NCBI GenBank assembly: GCA_950097015.1
Contig: CATNEN010000011.1
Location: 3,596,001-3,660,000, forward strand
DNA: 64,000 nt
Reading direction: 5' to 3'
Source: Macrostomum hystrix
Lineage: Eukaryota > Animalia > Platyhelminthes
Shown piece after piece: positions 1-13,484 of the stretch (the first letter of the stretch is position 1; every line of letters starts with the position of its first letter). The position numbers and the translations under genes are program-made. The notes beneath the pieces are model-generated. The model saw nothing but the letters and a program-made list of their open reading frames with translations, ran no database searches and was not told the DNA's origin.

Positions 1-540
1 TACCTCTCACCATTCTACTGTCACTAACCTGTCTACCTCTAACCATTTCACTATCTCTGATCTGTCTACCTCTCACCATTCTACTGTCACTAACCTGTCT
101 ACCTCTCACCATTCTACTGTCACTAACCTGTCTACCTCTCACCATTCCACTATCTCTGATCTGTCTACCTGTCACCATTCTACTGTCTCTGACCTGTCTA
201 CCTCTCACCATTCCATTATCTGTGATATTTCTACCTCTCACCCTTCTACTGTCACTAACCTTTCTACTTCTCATCATTCTACTGTCTCTGATCTGTCTAC
301 CTCTCACCATTCTACTGTCTCTGACCTGTCTACCTCTCACCATTCTACTGTCTCTGACCTGTCTGCCTGTCACCATTCTACTGTCTCTGACCTGTCTACC
401 TCTCACCATTCTACTGTCTCTGATCTGTCTACCTCTCACCATTCTACTGTCTCTGACCTGTCTACCTCTCACCATTCTACTGTCTCTGATCTGTCTACCA
501 CTCATCCTTTCTACTGTCACTAACCTGTCTACCTCTCACC
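1..540. repeat. 33-bp minisatellite (TACCTCTCACCATTCTACTGTCACTAACCTGTC)n, runs off the window start
   Basis: Direct tandem periodicity of 33 nt; produces the 11-aa-repeat ORF 222..773. Confidence 0.95.
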
Positions 541-1007
541 ATTCTACTGTCTCTAACCAGTCTGAAGCTATTTCGGAATCTTCTAAATCAGTTGCACAAC
601 ACAATTGCTTCTCGCTATGTCAAGTCAAGTCGGTTCTAGTTTTCTCGCAGATGAAATCGAGTAAGCACGCACCTGTCAACGGTCAAGGGCGGGTCTTCCT
701 TTACCAGGTCCTGCGCGTAAACACAAGACAGAGACAAACAAGTGACTCTTGTTTTGAGGAAAAAAAATTTTAGTAAAATGCGCGCACTTGTTAAAGCAAA
801 AGATTTCGGAAGTTTGGCGGGCTGAAAAAGATTTTAATCTTCTAGCAATGTCGAAAGGATTAGGCAAAATTTACAAATCAAATTGTAGCATTTCTTTAAA
901 AATACTGTCTTTGTGTCTGACCGATAGATGGGGACAATTTACAACAGGACGACTAAAACATACAGGCAATGGCAGGTAAAAGATGTCCGAAAATATGAAA
1001 ATAAAAA

Positions 1008-1926
1008 ACACATCAGAGACAGACACATCAGAGACAGACACATCAGAGACAGACACATCAGAGACAGACACATCAGAGACAGACACATCAAAGAGACAGA
1101 CACATCAAAGAGACAGACACATCAGACAGAGACACATCAGAGACAGAGACACATCAGAGACAGACACATCAAAGAGACAGAGACACATCAGAGACAGACA
1201 CATCAGAGACAGACACATCAGAGACAGACACATCAGAGACAGGCACATCAGAGACAGACACATCAGAGACAGACACATCAAAGAGACAGAGACACATTAG
1301 AGACAGACACATCAAAGAGACAGACACATCAGAGACAGACACATCAGAGACAGACACATCAAAGAGACAGACACATCAGAGACAGACACATCAGAGACAG
1401 ACACATCAGAGACAGACACATCAGAGACAGACACATCAAAGAGACAGACACATCAGAGACAGACACATCAGAGACAGACACATCAAAGAGACAGAGACAC
1501 ATCAGAGACAGACACATCAAAGAGACAGAGACACATCAGAGACAGACACATCAGAGACAGACACATCAGAGACAGACACATCAGAGACAGACACATCAAA
1601 GAGACAGACACATCAGAGACAGACACATCAGAGACAGACACATCAAAGAGACAGACACATCAGAGACAGACACATCAGAGACAGACACATCAGAGACAGA
1701 CACATCAGAGACAGACACATCAAAGAGACAGACACATCAGAGACAGACACATCAGAGACAGACACATCAGAGACAGACACATCAGAGACAGACACATCAG
1801 AGACAGACACATCAGAGACAGACACATCAGAGACAGACACATCAGAGACAGACACATCAGAGACAGACACATCAGAGACAGACACATCAGAGACAGACAC
1901 ATCAGAGACAGACACACCAGAGACAT
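1008..1926. repeat. 15-bp minisatellite (ACACATCAGAGACAG)n with 17-bp variants
   Basis: Direct tandem repeat; source of the RDRHI/ETDTS/QRQTH repeat ORFs. Confidence 0.97.
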
Positions 1927-2876
1927 CTGAAATATAGAGGCACTTAAATTGCATCCCAGGTCTAGCATGTGTCCGCAGACATTGCTTTGCAGTCTCTGAT
2001 AATAGAATTACCAGAGCAGGGTGGCATTGCAGTAAAACAGTTTTGCTCCGGTCAAAACAAGCTTATTTCAGTGCCTAGCAGCGATGCGATGCGGTTGAAC
2101 TAAGTTACCGTGAAAACTTGGTCTTCTAGTTCAGCATAGGAGAAACTCCTACATCATTATGACCATTTATCACGCTCGACTGGCTCAACGCCCCTCTGTT
2201 CAGGGAGTGGAAGGAGAAAATGGAGAGAGAGATAGGGGAACAGGGCGGTTTGCAGTGAAATATCTGAGAGAAAAAGTCCGTAGTAGGTTCGGACTCAATC
2301 GCTGTAGTAAATGAGCTCAAAATATCTACTAGAAGAGAAGGCTGCAGAAATTCACTTACCCAAGCACTCTGAATCGATGGGTAACGTGGTATTCGTGTGT
2401 GTTTTATCGCGTATAGACACGGCGTACAGTCCGATATGGTTTAAAGACTGCTTTATTTTAGCTGATTCTCACAGACAGATCAATATATATATGTATGCTT
2501 GTCGTATATCTAGATGTACTTGGCCCAGTTTTGGGTTTTGGCAGGACTCAGGCAATAAGCTATACTGGACTAGACCATTGCCAATGATGTTTTATCGGGG
2601 TTTGGGCAGGGGACTGGGTATGGGGTGGGCAGTGGACTAAGTGACTGGCTATGGGCAACTGGTTTAGATATAGGACAGCGGCTATTGAGGAGGCCGTCGG
2701 GCTGGGCAGGGATAAAGCCGTGGGAAGATGCCGGCATGTGGGTACAGAATGCCGCCCCAGCATTCCCCTCTACTCCCCTCTTCTCTCCCTAGCCACCTCC
2801 CCCCGGGGTGGCTCTGCATGTGGTTGCTCTGCCGTTCCAACAGCCAAGTGCGCCGCTGGCACTGACTGCTGGATGT

Positions 2877-2880
<4 letters not shown>

Positions 2881-2910
<30 letters not shown>
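2881..2910. repeat. (GCT)10 trinucleotide tract
   Basis: Seen directly; coding context unresolved. Confidence 0.9.
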
Positions 2911-2912
<2 letters not shown>

Positions 2913-3364
2913 ATTCCATCTGTGTTTTTTCGGGTCAGGCATTTTTTGTCAACCAACCAGCCACTGGCATCAACCCACCCAGGTCCGACCCGCGTGTGGC
3001 CGGTTGTTCCCAAAAAAATCCCCAGTCCAAAAATATCCCAAATATGCTCCAACGAAGTTGGCGGCTTCGAATGCTGTGTGTTCTGCCGAAGCCATGGGAG
3101 AATTCAAATCTACACAATTTGGCTTGCGCTTCAATTTTCATTTCCGCTCTTCTTTTTGAAGCATCTGACAACTGTTGCTTGCTTGAATGTTCGCGATTCG
3201 TGCTGAGAATCGATGTGGATGTTGAATTGTTTAAAGTCTGTGAATTCAATTCACTCTTTATCTTCTTTGGTTAAATGCATTTTATTGCTTAGCTGAGAGA
3301 AAAGTTGGCTTGGAAAGAAAATTGTCTGACAAAATGGAATAGGCTTTAGGGTAGATCTCCATAG

Positions 3365-4290
3365 GGTAGATAGAGACAGCAGAGATGGGTAGATAGAGAC
3401 AGCAGAGATGGGTAGATAGAGACAGCAGAGATGGGTAGATAGAGACAGCAGAGATGGGTAGATAGAGACAGCAGAGATGGGTAGATAGAGACAGGAGAGA
3501 TGGGTAGATAGAGACAGCAAAGATGGGTAGATAGAGACAGCAGAGATATGTAGATAGAGACAGCAGAGATGGGTAGATAGAGACAGCAGAGATGGGTAGA
3601 TAAAGACAGCAGAGATGGGTAGATAGAGACAGCAGAGATGGGTAGATAAAGACAGGAGAGATGGGTAGATAGAGACAGCAGAGATGGGTAGATAGAGACA
3701 GCAGAGATGGGTAGATAGAGACAGCAGAGATGGGTAGATAGAGACAGCAGAGATGGGTAGATAGAGACAGGAGAGATGGGTAGATAGAGACAGCAGAGAT
3801 GGGTAGATAGAGACAGCAGAGATGGGTAGATAGAGACAGCAGAGATGGGTAGATAAAGACAGCAGAGATATGTAGATAGAGACAGCAGAGATGGGTAGAT
3901 AGAGACAGGAGAGATGGGTAGATAGAGACAGCAGAGATGGGTAGATAGAGACAGCAGAGATGGGTAGATAGAGACAGCAGAGATGGGTAGATAGAGACAG
4001 CAGAGATGGGTAGATAGAGACAGCAGAGATGGGTAGATAGAGACAGGAGAGATGGGTAGATAGAGACAGGAGAGATGGGTAGATAGAGACAGGAGAGATG
4101 GGTAGATAGAGACAGCAGAGATGGGTAGATAGAGACAGCAGAGATGGGTAGATAGAGACAGCAGAGATGGGTAGATAGAGACAGCAGAGATGGGTAGATA
4201 GAGACAGCAGAGATGGTAGATAGAGACAGCAGAGATGGGTAGATAGAGACAGCAGAGATGGGTAGGTTGGGACAGGAGAGATGGTAGATC
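3365..4290. repeat. 23-bp minisatellite (GTAGATAGAGACAGCAGAGATGG)n
   Basis: Direct tandem repeat; 23-aa periodic ORF 3346..4377 equals three units. Confidence 0.97.
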
Positions 4291-5619
4291 TGGGCCGATA
4301 GGAGCAGGAGAGAGTGGGATCAGTGACATTGCAGCGATGTCCACCCCAAAATTAAAACACCATCCGATATTTTGCAAACGCTCTTTGTGGTTCGGTTAAT
4401 CCGGCCATAATCGTGGTTCTCGTCTTCTCGGAAAATGCGAGGCTCATTTAGATTGAGCTCACTATTCTAAGTTCAGGTGGTGCTCAACTCGTAAGCTCGG
4501 CCCAAACCTCAACCCCAAACCTCGCCGTGTGCGTGGCCGTTAGCTGAGTGCCGTTTTTCGCATCGAATTATTTCCGATGCTCTCAGCGAGTTTTCTAAGG
4601 ATTACAGAGCCCTCATTTCAGTTTTTTGCTGCCCTTGCCTGTGCTTTTATAGTTTGGCCGTTTCTTGTATCAGCGGTGGATTCTAAGAAAATTTTTTTTT
4701 AGGAAACACTATCGAACAGTCGCTAAGTGATGCGAGGCAGCTAAAGCTCTGGGGTTTAGTTCAAGCCTAATGGTCTCTTTTAGTGTTTGAGAACCACCCC
4801 CTGTGTACTAATGCCTATTAGAAGCAGTTGGCTGATACACAGTCTAATGAAATATGGAGATCTGTCAGAAAAATCATGGTTAATAATTCACGCCTTCTGT
4901 TGCAGTGAAAGCTTGGCTGTTTTAGAAAACTGCACGCATGAATTGTTGATGCTTTCGCTATGTTGAGTACGAAGATTGAGCACTATGGTCTAGGTTGGCG
5001 GATAAAATGATACTGAAAAATGTTCAAGCAGCGAAAGGTCATTGCGGAATGAAAGTTGACATCAATAATTGATTGGATTTGCAATGCAATAAATTGAATG
5101 AATGAAAGCCTTATAGTGATAGATATAAATGAATAGATAGGGAATAGATTAGGACTATGCATTTTCTTATCGTAGATAAAACGCACCAACTTTGGTAGGT
5201 AAATTGTTTTTCTTTAAACTGAGATCAATGATCAAATGTTTTATGATTTCAAGTTCAATCATTTTGGGGCAAACTTTCGTTTAACAACAATGACCCACAA
5301 GGATCCGTTATTACTCACTATGACTTAAAATGACCTATAAATACCCACGTTACCCTAAATGACCCAAAACGACGCAATGACTGACAATGACCCACATATG
5401 ATCCAGAATAACTCAAATTGATCTACAATAACTTTAAGTTACTCAGAGTTACCCACAATGACTCGCAGTTATCTACAGCTACCCGTAATGACCCACAATC
5501 ACTCATTTTAACTACAACGGTCTACAATAACCCACAATTATCCTAAACGACGCACACAATGACCCCACAATGACCCCACAATGCCTCCAAGTAACCCACA
5601 GTTATCCACAATGACTCTG

Positions 5620-6411
5620 AATCAGCCACAATGACTCTCAATGACTCACAATGACTCTCTATCATTCAAAATGACTCTCAATCACTCACAATGACTCTCA
5701 ATCACTCACAATGACTCTCAATCACTCACAATGACTCTCAATCACTCACAATGACTCTCAATGACTCACACTGACTCTCAATCACTCACAATGACTCTCA
5801 ATGACTCACACTGACTCTCAATCACCCACAATGACTCTCAATGACTCACACTGACTCTCAATCACCCACAATGACTCTCAATGACTCACACTGAGTCTCA
5901 ATCACTCACAATGACTCTCAATCACTCACAATGACTCTCAATCACTTACAATGACTCATAGAACCCACAATGACTCTCAATCACTCACAATGACTCATAG
6001 AACCCAAAATGACTCTCAATCACTTACAATGACTCATAGAACCCACAATGACTCTCAATCACTCACAATGACTCATAGAACCCAAAATGACTCTCAATCA
6101 CTTACAATGACTCATAGAACCCACAATGACTCTCAATCACTCACAATGACTCTCAATCACTCACAATGACTCTCAATCACTCACAATGACTCTCAATCAC
6201 TCACAATGACTCTCAATCACTCACAATGACTCTCAATCACTCACAATGACTCTCAATCACTCACAATGACTCTCAATCACTCACACTGACTCTTGATCAC
6301 TCAAAATGACTCTCAATCACTCACAATTACTCATAGAACCCACAATGACTCTCAATCACTCACAATGGCTCATAAAACCCTCGATGACTCATAAAACTCA
6401 CAATGACTCAC
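5620..6411. repeat. 20-bp minisatellite (AATGACTCTCAATCACTCAC)n, degenerate back to ~5290
   Basis: Direct tandem repeat with AATGACTCATAGAACCCAC variant units. Confidence 0.95.
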
Positions 6412-6880
6412 CGGAGCTGGACATGACGTCGGCAGCGAAGTCGACACGTTTGATTCGATCTAGCCGACCCGATGGCACAGTCGGAGACAGCTCGTCCGAT
6501 GTCGACTGGGTCAAAGCGTCAGCGGACGGCGACGCTGGGAATACGAATACTTCAGCTTCGGTGTCGGCGCCGCTGCTGCTGCCGCGCTGGTGCTGGTGCT
6601 GTTGCTGATTCTGCTGCTGTGACAGCTGCTGTTGCACATGTCTAGCCGCAAGTGGCGCAGTGCTGGTTAATCTGGCCGAGCTGTCGGTGGCAAACACGCG
6701 CTGTCGCTGATTTTCAGGTCGATTTGATTCGTCGTACGTCGAGCTCACATTCAACGCCGCTGCCGAAATGCCACCAGCTGTGCTTGCCGCTGCTGCTGCA
6801 GCTGTTGTACTTGACGCCTCCCGATCAACGGCAGTCAGAGTCAAACCGGCGCTGATTGGCTGAGAAATCGGACTGGCCAT
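6412..6880 (-). CDS. Probable first coding exon of an unidentified low-complexity (Ala/Ser/Gln-rich) protein
   Basis: GC-rich open frame from ATG 6880 (MASPISQPISAG...QQQLSQQQNQQQHQH...MSSS) ending at G|GTGAGT donor (6412/6411, phase 1). No recognisable domain; downstream exons not resolved. Confidence 0.45.
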
Positions 6881-8244
6881 TGATCTGATAGTTGAGGCGA
6901 GCACAGCAACAGCCTATTTGATAAGCCAATCGCTTAACTTTAAGCGAACTCTTTTCAGTTTAACTTTGCGATTCTCATTGCGCTGCAGCCCGTGTTAACA
7001 GGCCCGCCAGGTGGAGTGGCCGAAGGCGAGCTAAAGGGAAGTAGAGCTTTTCGGTTAATCCATGTTATTTAATAACAGTTTGGGCATATTTTATAGATGG
7101 TTAGATCTATCGCTTGTACTTAAAATGGCTTATCTGTTAAGTTAGAAATGTATTTCCAATGAAGTAAATAAATTCTTTTAGATAGTTACTTTACGAGAAA
7201 AAAACTAATTATCGAAATTTTACTAAACGTTATTTTTATTTCGGTCTAAAAAACCAAACTTGACGTAAAATCCTCACTTGCCTACTAGTAGTAGGCTGTA
7301 TTAAAGAACGAAGCGGAACACTCGAATATTTGAAGTAAAAAGCGAGGCTGAGTGAGTGGGACTAGAATCGCTGAAAATAACTCAGTGACGAGAGTGAGCT
7401 GGAAAGAAGAGTAGAAGAACGAGATGGAAGAGTGACAGATCGAGTAGAGTGACACATTGATAGATAGCAGTGTCAGATAGATAAGATAGTGACAGATTGA
7501 TAGTTTATAATTGTTTTAACATGATCAGGAGATAGGCATGAGAGGATTATTTCTAAAGCCGAGAACAGATTAAAGAAGAATAAAAGTGAGATTGGAGATC
7601 CGACTTTCAAGCCGTGCCGATTGAAAGCAATAAAAGTCGGAATAAATAAAGTGCATCTATAAATACTCGTAGGTATAGTCAGCAGACACAAAAGACAAGC
7701 CAGTGTGTTGGCAGGCAGGCAGACAGAATAAATCCACGCGTTTAAGAGAGCTTTCAGAGCTCAAAATCCGATAGCAGTGTGCGAGAAATGATGCTCTGAG
7801 AGCACTGAATACAGTGGCAGCGAGTCTCATTAAAAATTAATGCTTAACAGCTCCCACGAGCTGGTAAGCTGCTTGATCTACGGCGGGGCGGGGTGGGGCA
7901 GTGGGTCCTCATTTAGATTTTCCGCCGGAGTGCGAATACATCAGCGACTGGCCTCAGCCGAGACTATTGAAGCCTTCACAATGTCTGAGACCTGTCATCG
8001 GGATTCATAATCTAAAAACTGCTGCTTATGCGGCATCACTCGCTTGCCAATTATTTGAGATCATCTTCATTCAATAGAATTTCATCCTGCTTATTAAACT
8101 CTTCTATGAAATAAATATTGGCTTATATACGGTAGTTAAAGCGACAGAATACGTTTGCTGATGCTGTACTTTGTGAGATAAGGGATTCCATTCTTCCATT
8201 TTTATCCTGATTCTTATGCCGATTTCTAATTTCTAATTATTCAT

Positions 8245-8590
8245 CTCTCTACCCCACTCTCTACCCCTCTCTATCCCCTTTCTACCCCTCAATTCCCCTC
8301 TCTACCCGTCTCTACCCGTCTCTACCCCTCTCTACCCCTCTCTACCCCTCTCTACCCTCTCTACCCCTCTATAACTCTCTCTACCCCTCTCTCTACCCCT
8401 CTCTACCCCTCTCTACCCCTCTCTACCCGTCTCTACCCGTCTCTACCCCTCTCTACCCGTCTCTACCCGTCTCTACCCCTCTCTACCCCTCTCTACCCCT
8501 CTCTCTACCCCTCTCTAACTCTCTCTACCCCTCTTTCTACCCCTCTCTACCCCTCTCTACTCTCCCTAACCTTCTCTAACACCTCTCTCA
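8245..8590. repeat. 10-12-bp pyrimidine-rich minisatellite (CTCTACCCCT)n
   Basis: Direct tandem repeat. Confidence 0.93.
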
Positions 8591-8967
8591 ACCTTTCTTT
8601 GCCGTTTTCTCTACCTCAAATGTTTGCTATCCATAGAGTCAGAAATGCAGAACAATCAAGTGTTAAGCAGCTCGATTGACACAGCAGCATTGCAGCAATG
8701 TTCGATCGCCTATTTTCAACATTATCGATATTGAAATCAATAGGAAAACTGTGATTTCCCTGGAGGCATTGCTCTGAGAGTCTGCGCTCTCACAAATTCT
8801 GTGCCAGACGGAGCGAAAAACATTTAATCAATGCAACCGAGACTTCTGCGGGTTGCTCACCAGATTTCCTAGTTAAATATATTGCCTAGACAACAATTCT
8901 ATTTTAAGTGGCTCTACACAATCGTGCTTACGGCTATAGTATTAGCATTAAAAAATTTCAACTCCCC

Positions 8968-10005
8968 ATGTCTATCCATGTCTTGCTAATGTCAATCCAT
9001 GTATCTCTAATGTCAATCTATGTCTCTCTAATGTCTGTCTATCCATGTCTCTCTAATGTCTGTCAATCCATGTCTCTCTAATGTCTATCCATGTCTCTCT
9101 AATGTCTGTCAATCCATGTCTCTCTAATGTCTGTCAATCCATGTCTCTAATGTCTGTCAATCCATGTCTCTCTAATGTCTATCCATGTCTCTCTAATGTC
9201 TGTCAATCCATGTCTCTAATGTCTGTCAATCCATGTCTCTCTAATGTCTATCCATGTCTCTCTAATGTCTGTCAATCCATGTCTCTAATGTCTGTCAATC
9301 CATGTCTCTCTAATGTCTATCCATGTCTCTCTAATGTCTGTCAATCCATGTCTCTCTAATGTCTATCCATGTCTCTCTAATGTCTGTCAATCCATGTCTC
9401 TAATGTCTGTCAATCCATGTCTCTCTAATGTCTATCCATGTCTCTCTAATGTCTGTCAATCCATGTCTCTAATGTCTGTCAATCCATGTCTCTCTAATGT
9501 CTGTCAATCCATGTCTCTAATGTCTGTCAATCCATGTCTCTCTAATGTCTGTCAATCCATGTCTCTCTAATGTCTGTCAATCCATGTCTCTCTAATGTCT
9601 GTCAATCCATGTCTCTCTAATGTCTGTCAATCCATGTCTCTCTAATGTCTGTCAATCCATGTCTCTAATGTCTGTCAATCCATGTCTCTCTAATGTCTGT
9701 CAATCCATGTCTCTCTAATGTCTGTCAATCCATGTCTCTCTAATGTCTGTCAATCCATGTCTCTCTAATGTCTGTCAATCCATGTCTCTCTAATGTCTGT
9801 CAATCCATGTCTCTCTAATGTCTGTCAATCCATGTCTCTCTAATGTCTGTCAATCCATGTCTCTCTAATGTCTATCCATGTCTCTCTAATGTCTGTCAAT
9901 CCATGTCTCTAATGTCTGTCAATCCATGTCTCTCTAATGTCTATCCATGTCTCTCTAATGTCTATCCATGTCTCTCTAATGTCTATCCATGTCTCTCTAT
10001 GTCTA
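8968..10005. repeat. 21-25-bp minisatellite (ATGTCTCTCTAATGTCTGTCAATCC)n
   Basis: Direct tandem repeat with 21, 23 and 25 bp unit variants. Confidence 0.96.
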
Positions 10006-10379
10006 TCTATCGAACTTCATCTCTCTCCCACCTCTCTTAAATATCTCTCCTTGTCTCTCCATCTCTTAGATTTTTCAACGAACGTCGTAGAAAGTATAAA
10101 ATCGGTGAAGAAAGTTGAAATGTCAAATTTATTTTTAATTTATCTACGATTTAATCTTTTATTTTAGTTTTGAATTGCGTAGTTACGAAAAGGTTTCGCA
10201 AAAAAAAAATTCGTTTTTGTATTTTAATAATTTGCAGATTAAAATAAAAATAGATTGCTTATCTACCTACCAACTGGTAACCTACTAGTAAGCGTCTATT
10301 CTATTATTCTAATAGTGCAAAAGCTTCTATGTGAGTGATAGGCTAGATAAAGATAGGTTTGAAAAGTATTCAAATTCTA

Positions 10380-10533
10380 GGTACCAGCATTGGCTAAGGT
10401 AGCTGAGTGGGGGTGTGGCGTCTCCCAGTCCATGGACTGAACAGCCGTACGCAGCCTTTAGATGCGCCGCGCAATAGCTGCGGCTGTGCTGTCGGCTGCA
10501 GATGTGGCTGATTGGGGCAGATGTTATCAATTA
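10380..10533 (+). mobile_element. SINE family A, 5'-truncated copy (palindrome and 3' tail)
   Basis: GGTACCAGCAT...GTGTGGCGTCTCCCAGTCCATGGACTGAACAGCCGTACGCAGC...GATTGGGGCAG matches the copies at 28466, 34233 and 38921. Confidence 0.8.
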
Positions 10534-11265
10534 GTTTTACCAATTGATTCTTATTATCCTTCAACGAGATAAGTCACATGCTTGAGTATCTGACACTCGA
10601 ATGACACACCCGAAAGAGCTGTCAATAGGTTTTCGCAGTTCAAGGTCACGCAATTCGCATGACAACCTCCCCAGATACCTGGCTATCTAGGTACATTAGT
10701 AAAAATAGACGAAACTCAAACCACAGCGCTCGAAAAGGCTCCAGCTGGTCGATCAAACTGTTCTCAACTCAAACAGACAAAAAAAAGACGAAAAAGAGGA
10801 AAGTGAAAGCGAGTGGAACAAGCTTTTTGTTAGAACTTTTTGCTGCCGACAAAAATATACGAAAAAGTGAGTACAGACCGTAGAGAATGTGAGGAACTTC
10901 GAAGGCGACTGGTGGCAGTTTAAATTAATTTCCCATCGTTCCTATATACACTTCTCCTCAATATACGTGGCAAAAATTTTCACTGGGCCAAAGTCCAGTC
11001 CCAGAGCCCAGACGGGCGAGAGGGAGAAAGTATATAGGGGAAAACTAATCGTGGGGAACATGGCAACTCGAATTCTAGTCAGTGAGCAATGCCCCCCCCC
11101 CTGATTGAGAGCCTGGCCTTGGCGAACAAAAAATTAATCAATATTGCTTCGCGCCCACCTCGGACAGACGCGAGGTATAGCCAGCCTCCTGTATGACGGT
11201 GGGGGATTTGGTCCAGGAACTTTCTTTACTAGGAAAGTAGACGAAAAAAAGTAAAGACTAGTTTT

Positions 11266-11353
11266 CTTAGTTCATTAGTCAGAGCTTGAGACTTCTGACT
11301 TAGAGGTCGGGAGTTCGAATCCCAGCCAATTCGTGTCGTTGAGCGAGACGCTT
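11266..11353 (+). mobile_element. Degenerate tRNA-like SINE head (family A-like)
   Basis: B-box GAGTTCGAATCCC (11311-11323) followed by GTGTCGTTGAGCGAGACGCTT, which resembles the GTGTCCTTTAAGCAAGACACTT core start of the 38921 copy. Confidence 0.55.
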
Positions 11354-11448
11354 GATTTTCTATTGCCATAGGTTCAGATAGAAGATTTTGTTGAGTCGAG
11401 TTATAGCTACGGTTGTACATCTGACAGTTGTACGGCTGTACAAACCGA

Positions 11449-12367
11449 ATGACGGATTATTGTGAAAGTTTTTGTAAGGGTTTTCGTCAGCTGAAACTTC
11501 GACAAGAATCGTTGAATATCTCGACGATGCCGATGTTTGGTGTTTATGGAAGTTGCTTCATCGGATAGTCATTCTGGATTTTCATGGTGATTTGTTGAAT
11601 ACTTTTGGAGACACTGTTATTATTATTAGCCAATCCTGTTCTCTGTTCACCAGTGTGGTAATATAGTTTTTCTTACCCGGTTATCTGCCAGCCCCGCCCT
11701 TTCTATCTATTATCGATTTTCCCCCGTGTCCTTTCATCTCTGTCTCCCTCCAGTCTAGCGTCAGCACCCACTTTGTTTTCCTTCCCCCTGCACGCGTTAT
11801 CGCCTGTTAACCCCAATGTACATCCTTCCCTGGGTTTTCATACCCTCATTTTGTCTCTCCTCGCTGTCGACCCCCCTTTCTGTCCTAGCCTTTAAATAAT
11901 ATTCAGAGGGCCCGTGGCAAGGCCAATATGTTTTTGTTTACTGACCTTTCGACTCAAAGTATTATCAGACCTCATATATTAACAGAAACAGAAAAGTGAA
12001 AATGTAAAAGTCGCTGGTAAATTTATTAGACCAATTCATGTCTCAAAGTTGCCAATCAGTTGTAAAAGAAAATATTGAATGTTTTTTGTAGACAAGCAGT
12101 GAATGTACTCGTAAGAACATCGGTGAGAGAAATTATCCAACTTTAATTTATTCCGCTTCACAAACCTAGGCCCCAGATTCTGCTCCGCAAAGCCAGTTTT
12201 AAGATTTTGGATTTCCCGAAAAGCTTCGCTGAGGAAATGGATGAGCTTGTAGGTGAGATGCCATCTCAGTCAAGCACACAGCTGGCAACTTTTCTGCGAT
12301 AGATTTACTAGATTTGGAGGATAGATTAAAGTGGGATTACAGCAAGAAGTCCAGATTTCCACAATGA
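11449..12367 (+). pseudogene. Candidate frameshifted F-box-like small gene
   Basis: MTDYCESFCKGFRQL, then a -1 shift into AETSTRIVEYLDDADVWCLWKLLHR...FTSV|GTAAT. Further exon-like blocks 12177-12252 and 12312-12367 join across a 59-nt GT-AG intron. F-box resemblance judged by eye only. Confidence 0.3.
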
Positions 12368-12511
12368 CAGTGCTGGGCAATAATCCCCAACAGAATTTTA
12401 TCCCTTTTTAATTAAATAATATAATTTTTAGTTTAATCAATTTCAATTGTAGGCTTAATTAAAAAATTGAAATAAAAATAAATAGAGATAAGTCCAATTA
12501 AAAATAGTATT

Positions 12512-12600
12512 TACCGATTCTGAACGTCTGGAACAGTCTGCCAACGAGAAAATTACAAAGTAGAACTATTTGCTTCACTCGTTTCAAAGATTCTATTTAG
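12512..12600 (+). mobile_element. Decayed 3' end of a CR1/L2-type LINE ORF2
   Basis: Translates to ILNVWNSLP...RFKDS; the WNxLP...FKxxLD motif marks the C-terminus of CR1/L2-clade ORF2. Confidence 0.4.
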
Positions 12601-13484
12601 ATGGAGTCTGGGAAACTGCGGTTGGGATTGTGGGATAAATGTTTGAGGACTAGGCTGGGAATCAAGGTGTCCAATGGGAGTTAACTGGCAAGTCTCGACT
12701 GACGTTTGGCTAGCTAAGTAGCCAATCAGACAATAGGACAGCGAGCGTCACAGAGAAGTACTTTCATAGAAAGGAAGCAATTGAGTATCTGAATTTCTCA
12801 TAGGAGGAACATTCACAGCTTATGAAGGCTTGGTTCATTTGCAATCAAACTCTGAGTCTAGAATCTTTAGTGAGTACTAATTGCTCAGCTGTTCAGTCCA
12901 TGGACAGTGAGGGTGACAGAACCATCCTGCAATTAACTCTCTGTTAGTCTCGGTGAAATTCCGAAAATTTTACAATGAATTGCAAGTAACCAGCGATAGA
13001 AGTAAATTTATTTTTATCTGCCCCTGTATTCATTTCCTGGCATCAAGTCAGCGTGTCTGATCCGCAAAATGAAGGTCCTTTGGGAAGTTGTCTCACTAGG
13101 CTCTAGATCTAGAGTACCATGGATTGGCAAATTGACTTGCAAAACGGCCCAATTCGTGTTTGGGTGGGTTAGAAGGCAGGGTATGTCGCATATAACTCAT
13201 ATCAAAGATAAGAGAAACGGCGGTGCTAATCAAATGGGATTTACAAATTGGGATTGGGAAAGCATTCTCCTTCTTTTTGTTTTATCTTCATCTAATTCTG
13301 ATTAGCACAGCAGAGAGGCATTAAGACTGCAACACACAGTTTCCTAATTATTCTGTCTGTTCAAAGTTCTTTCTCAAAATTTAAATTTTCTGAAGCCTAA
13401 TTAAATTACTTGAAAGATAAGATTAATAGATTTTGAAATACGATTGATTCAAGCGCTTAAAAAATTAAAGGTAGATTATTGTGT

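Noticed and set aside
2651-3274. ORFs around the (GCT)10 tract (poly-L, poly-C, poly-Q or poly-A depending on frame)
   Set aside because: No frame gives a recognisable domain, and I could not join them in phase to the 6880-6412 exon.
11905-11935. GGGCCCGTGGCAAGGCC hairpin as a second hammerhead
   Set aside because: The flanking CUGANGA and GAAA core elements are missing.
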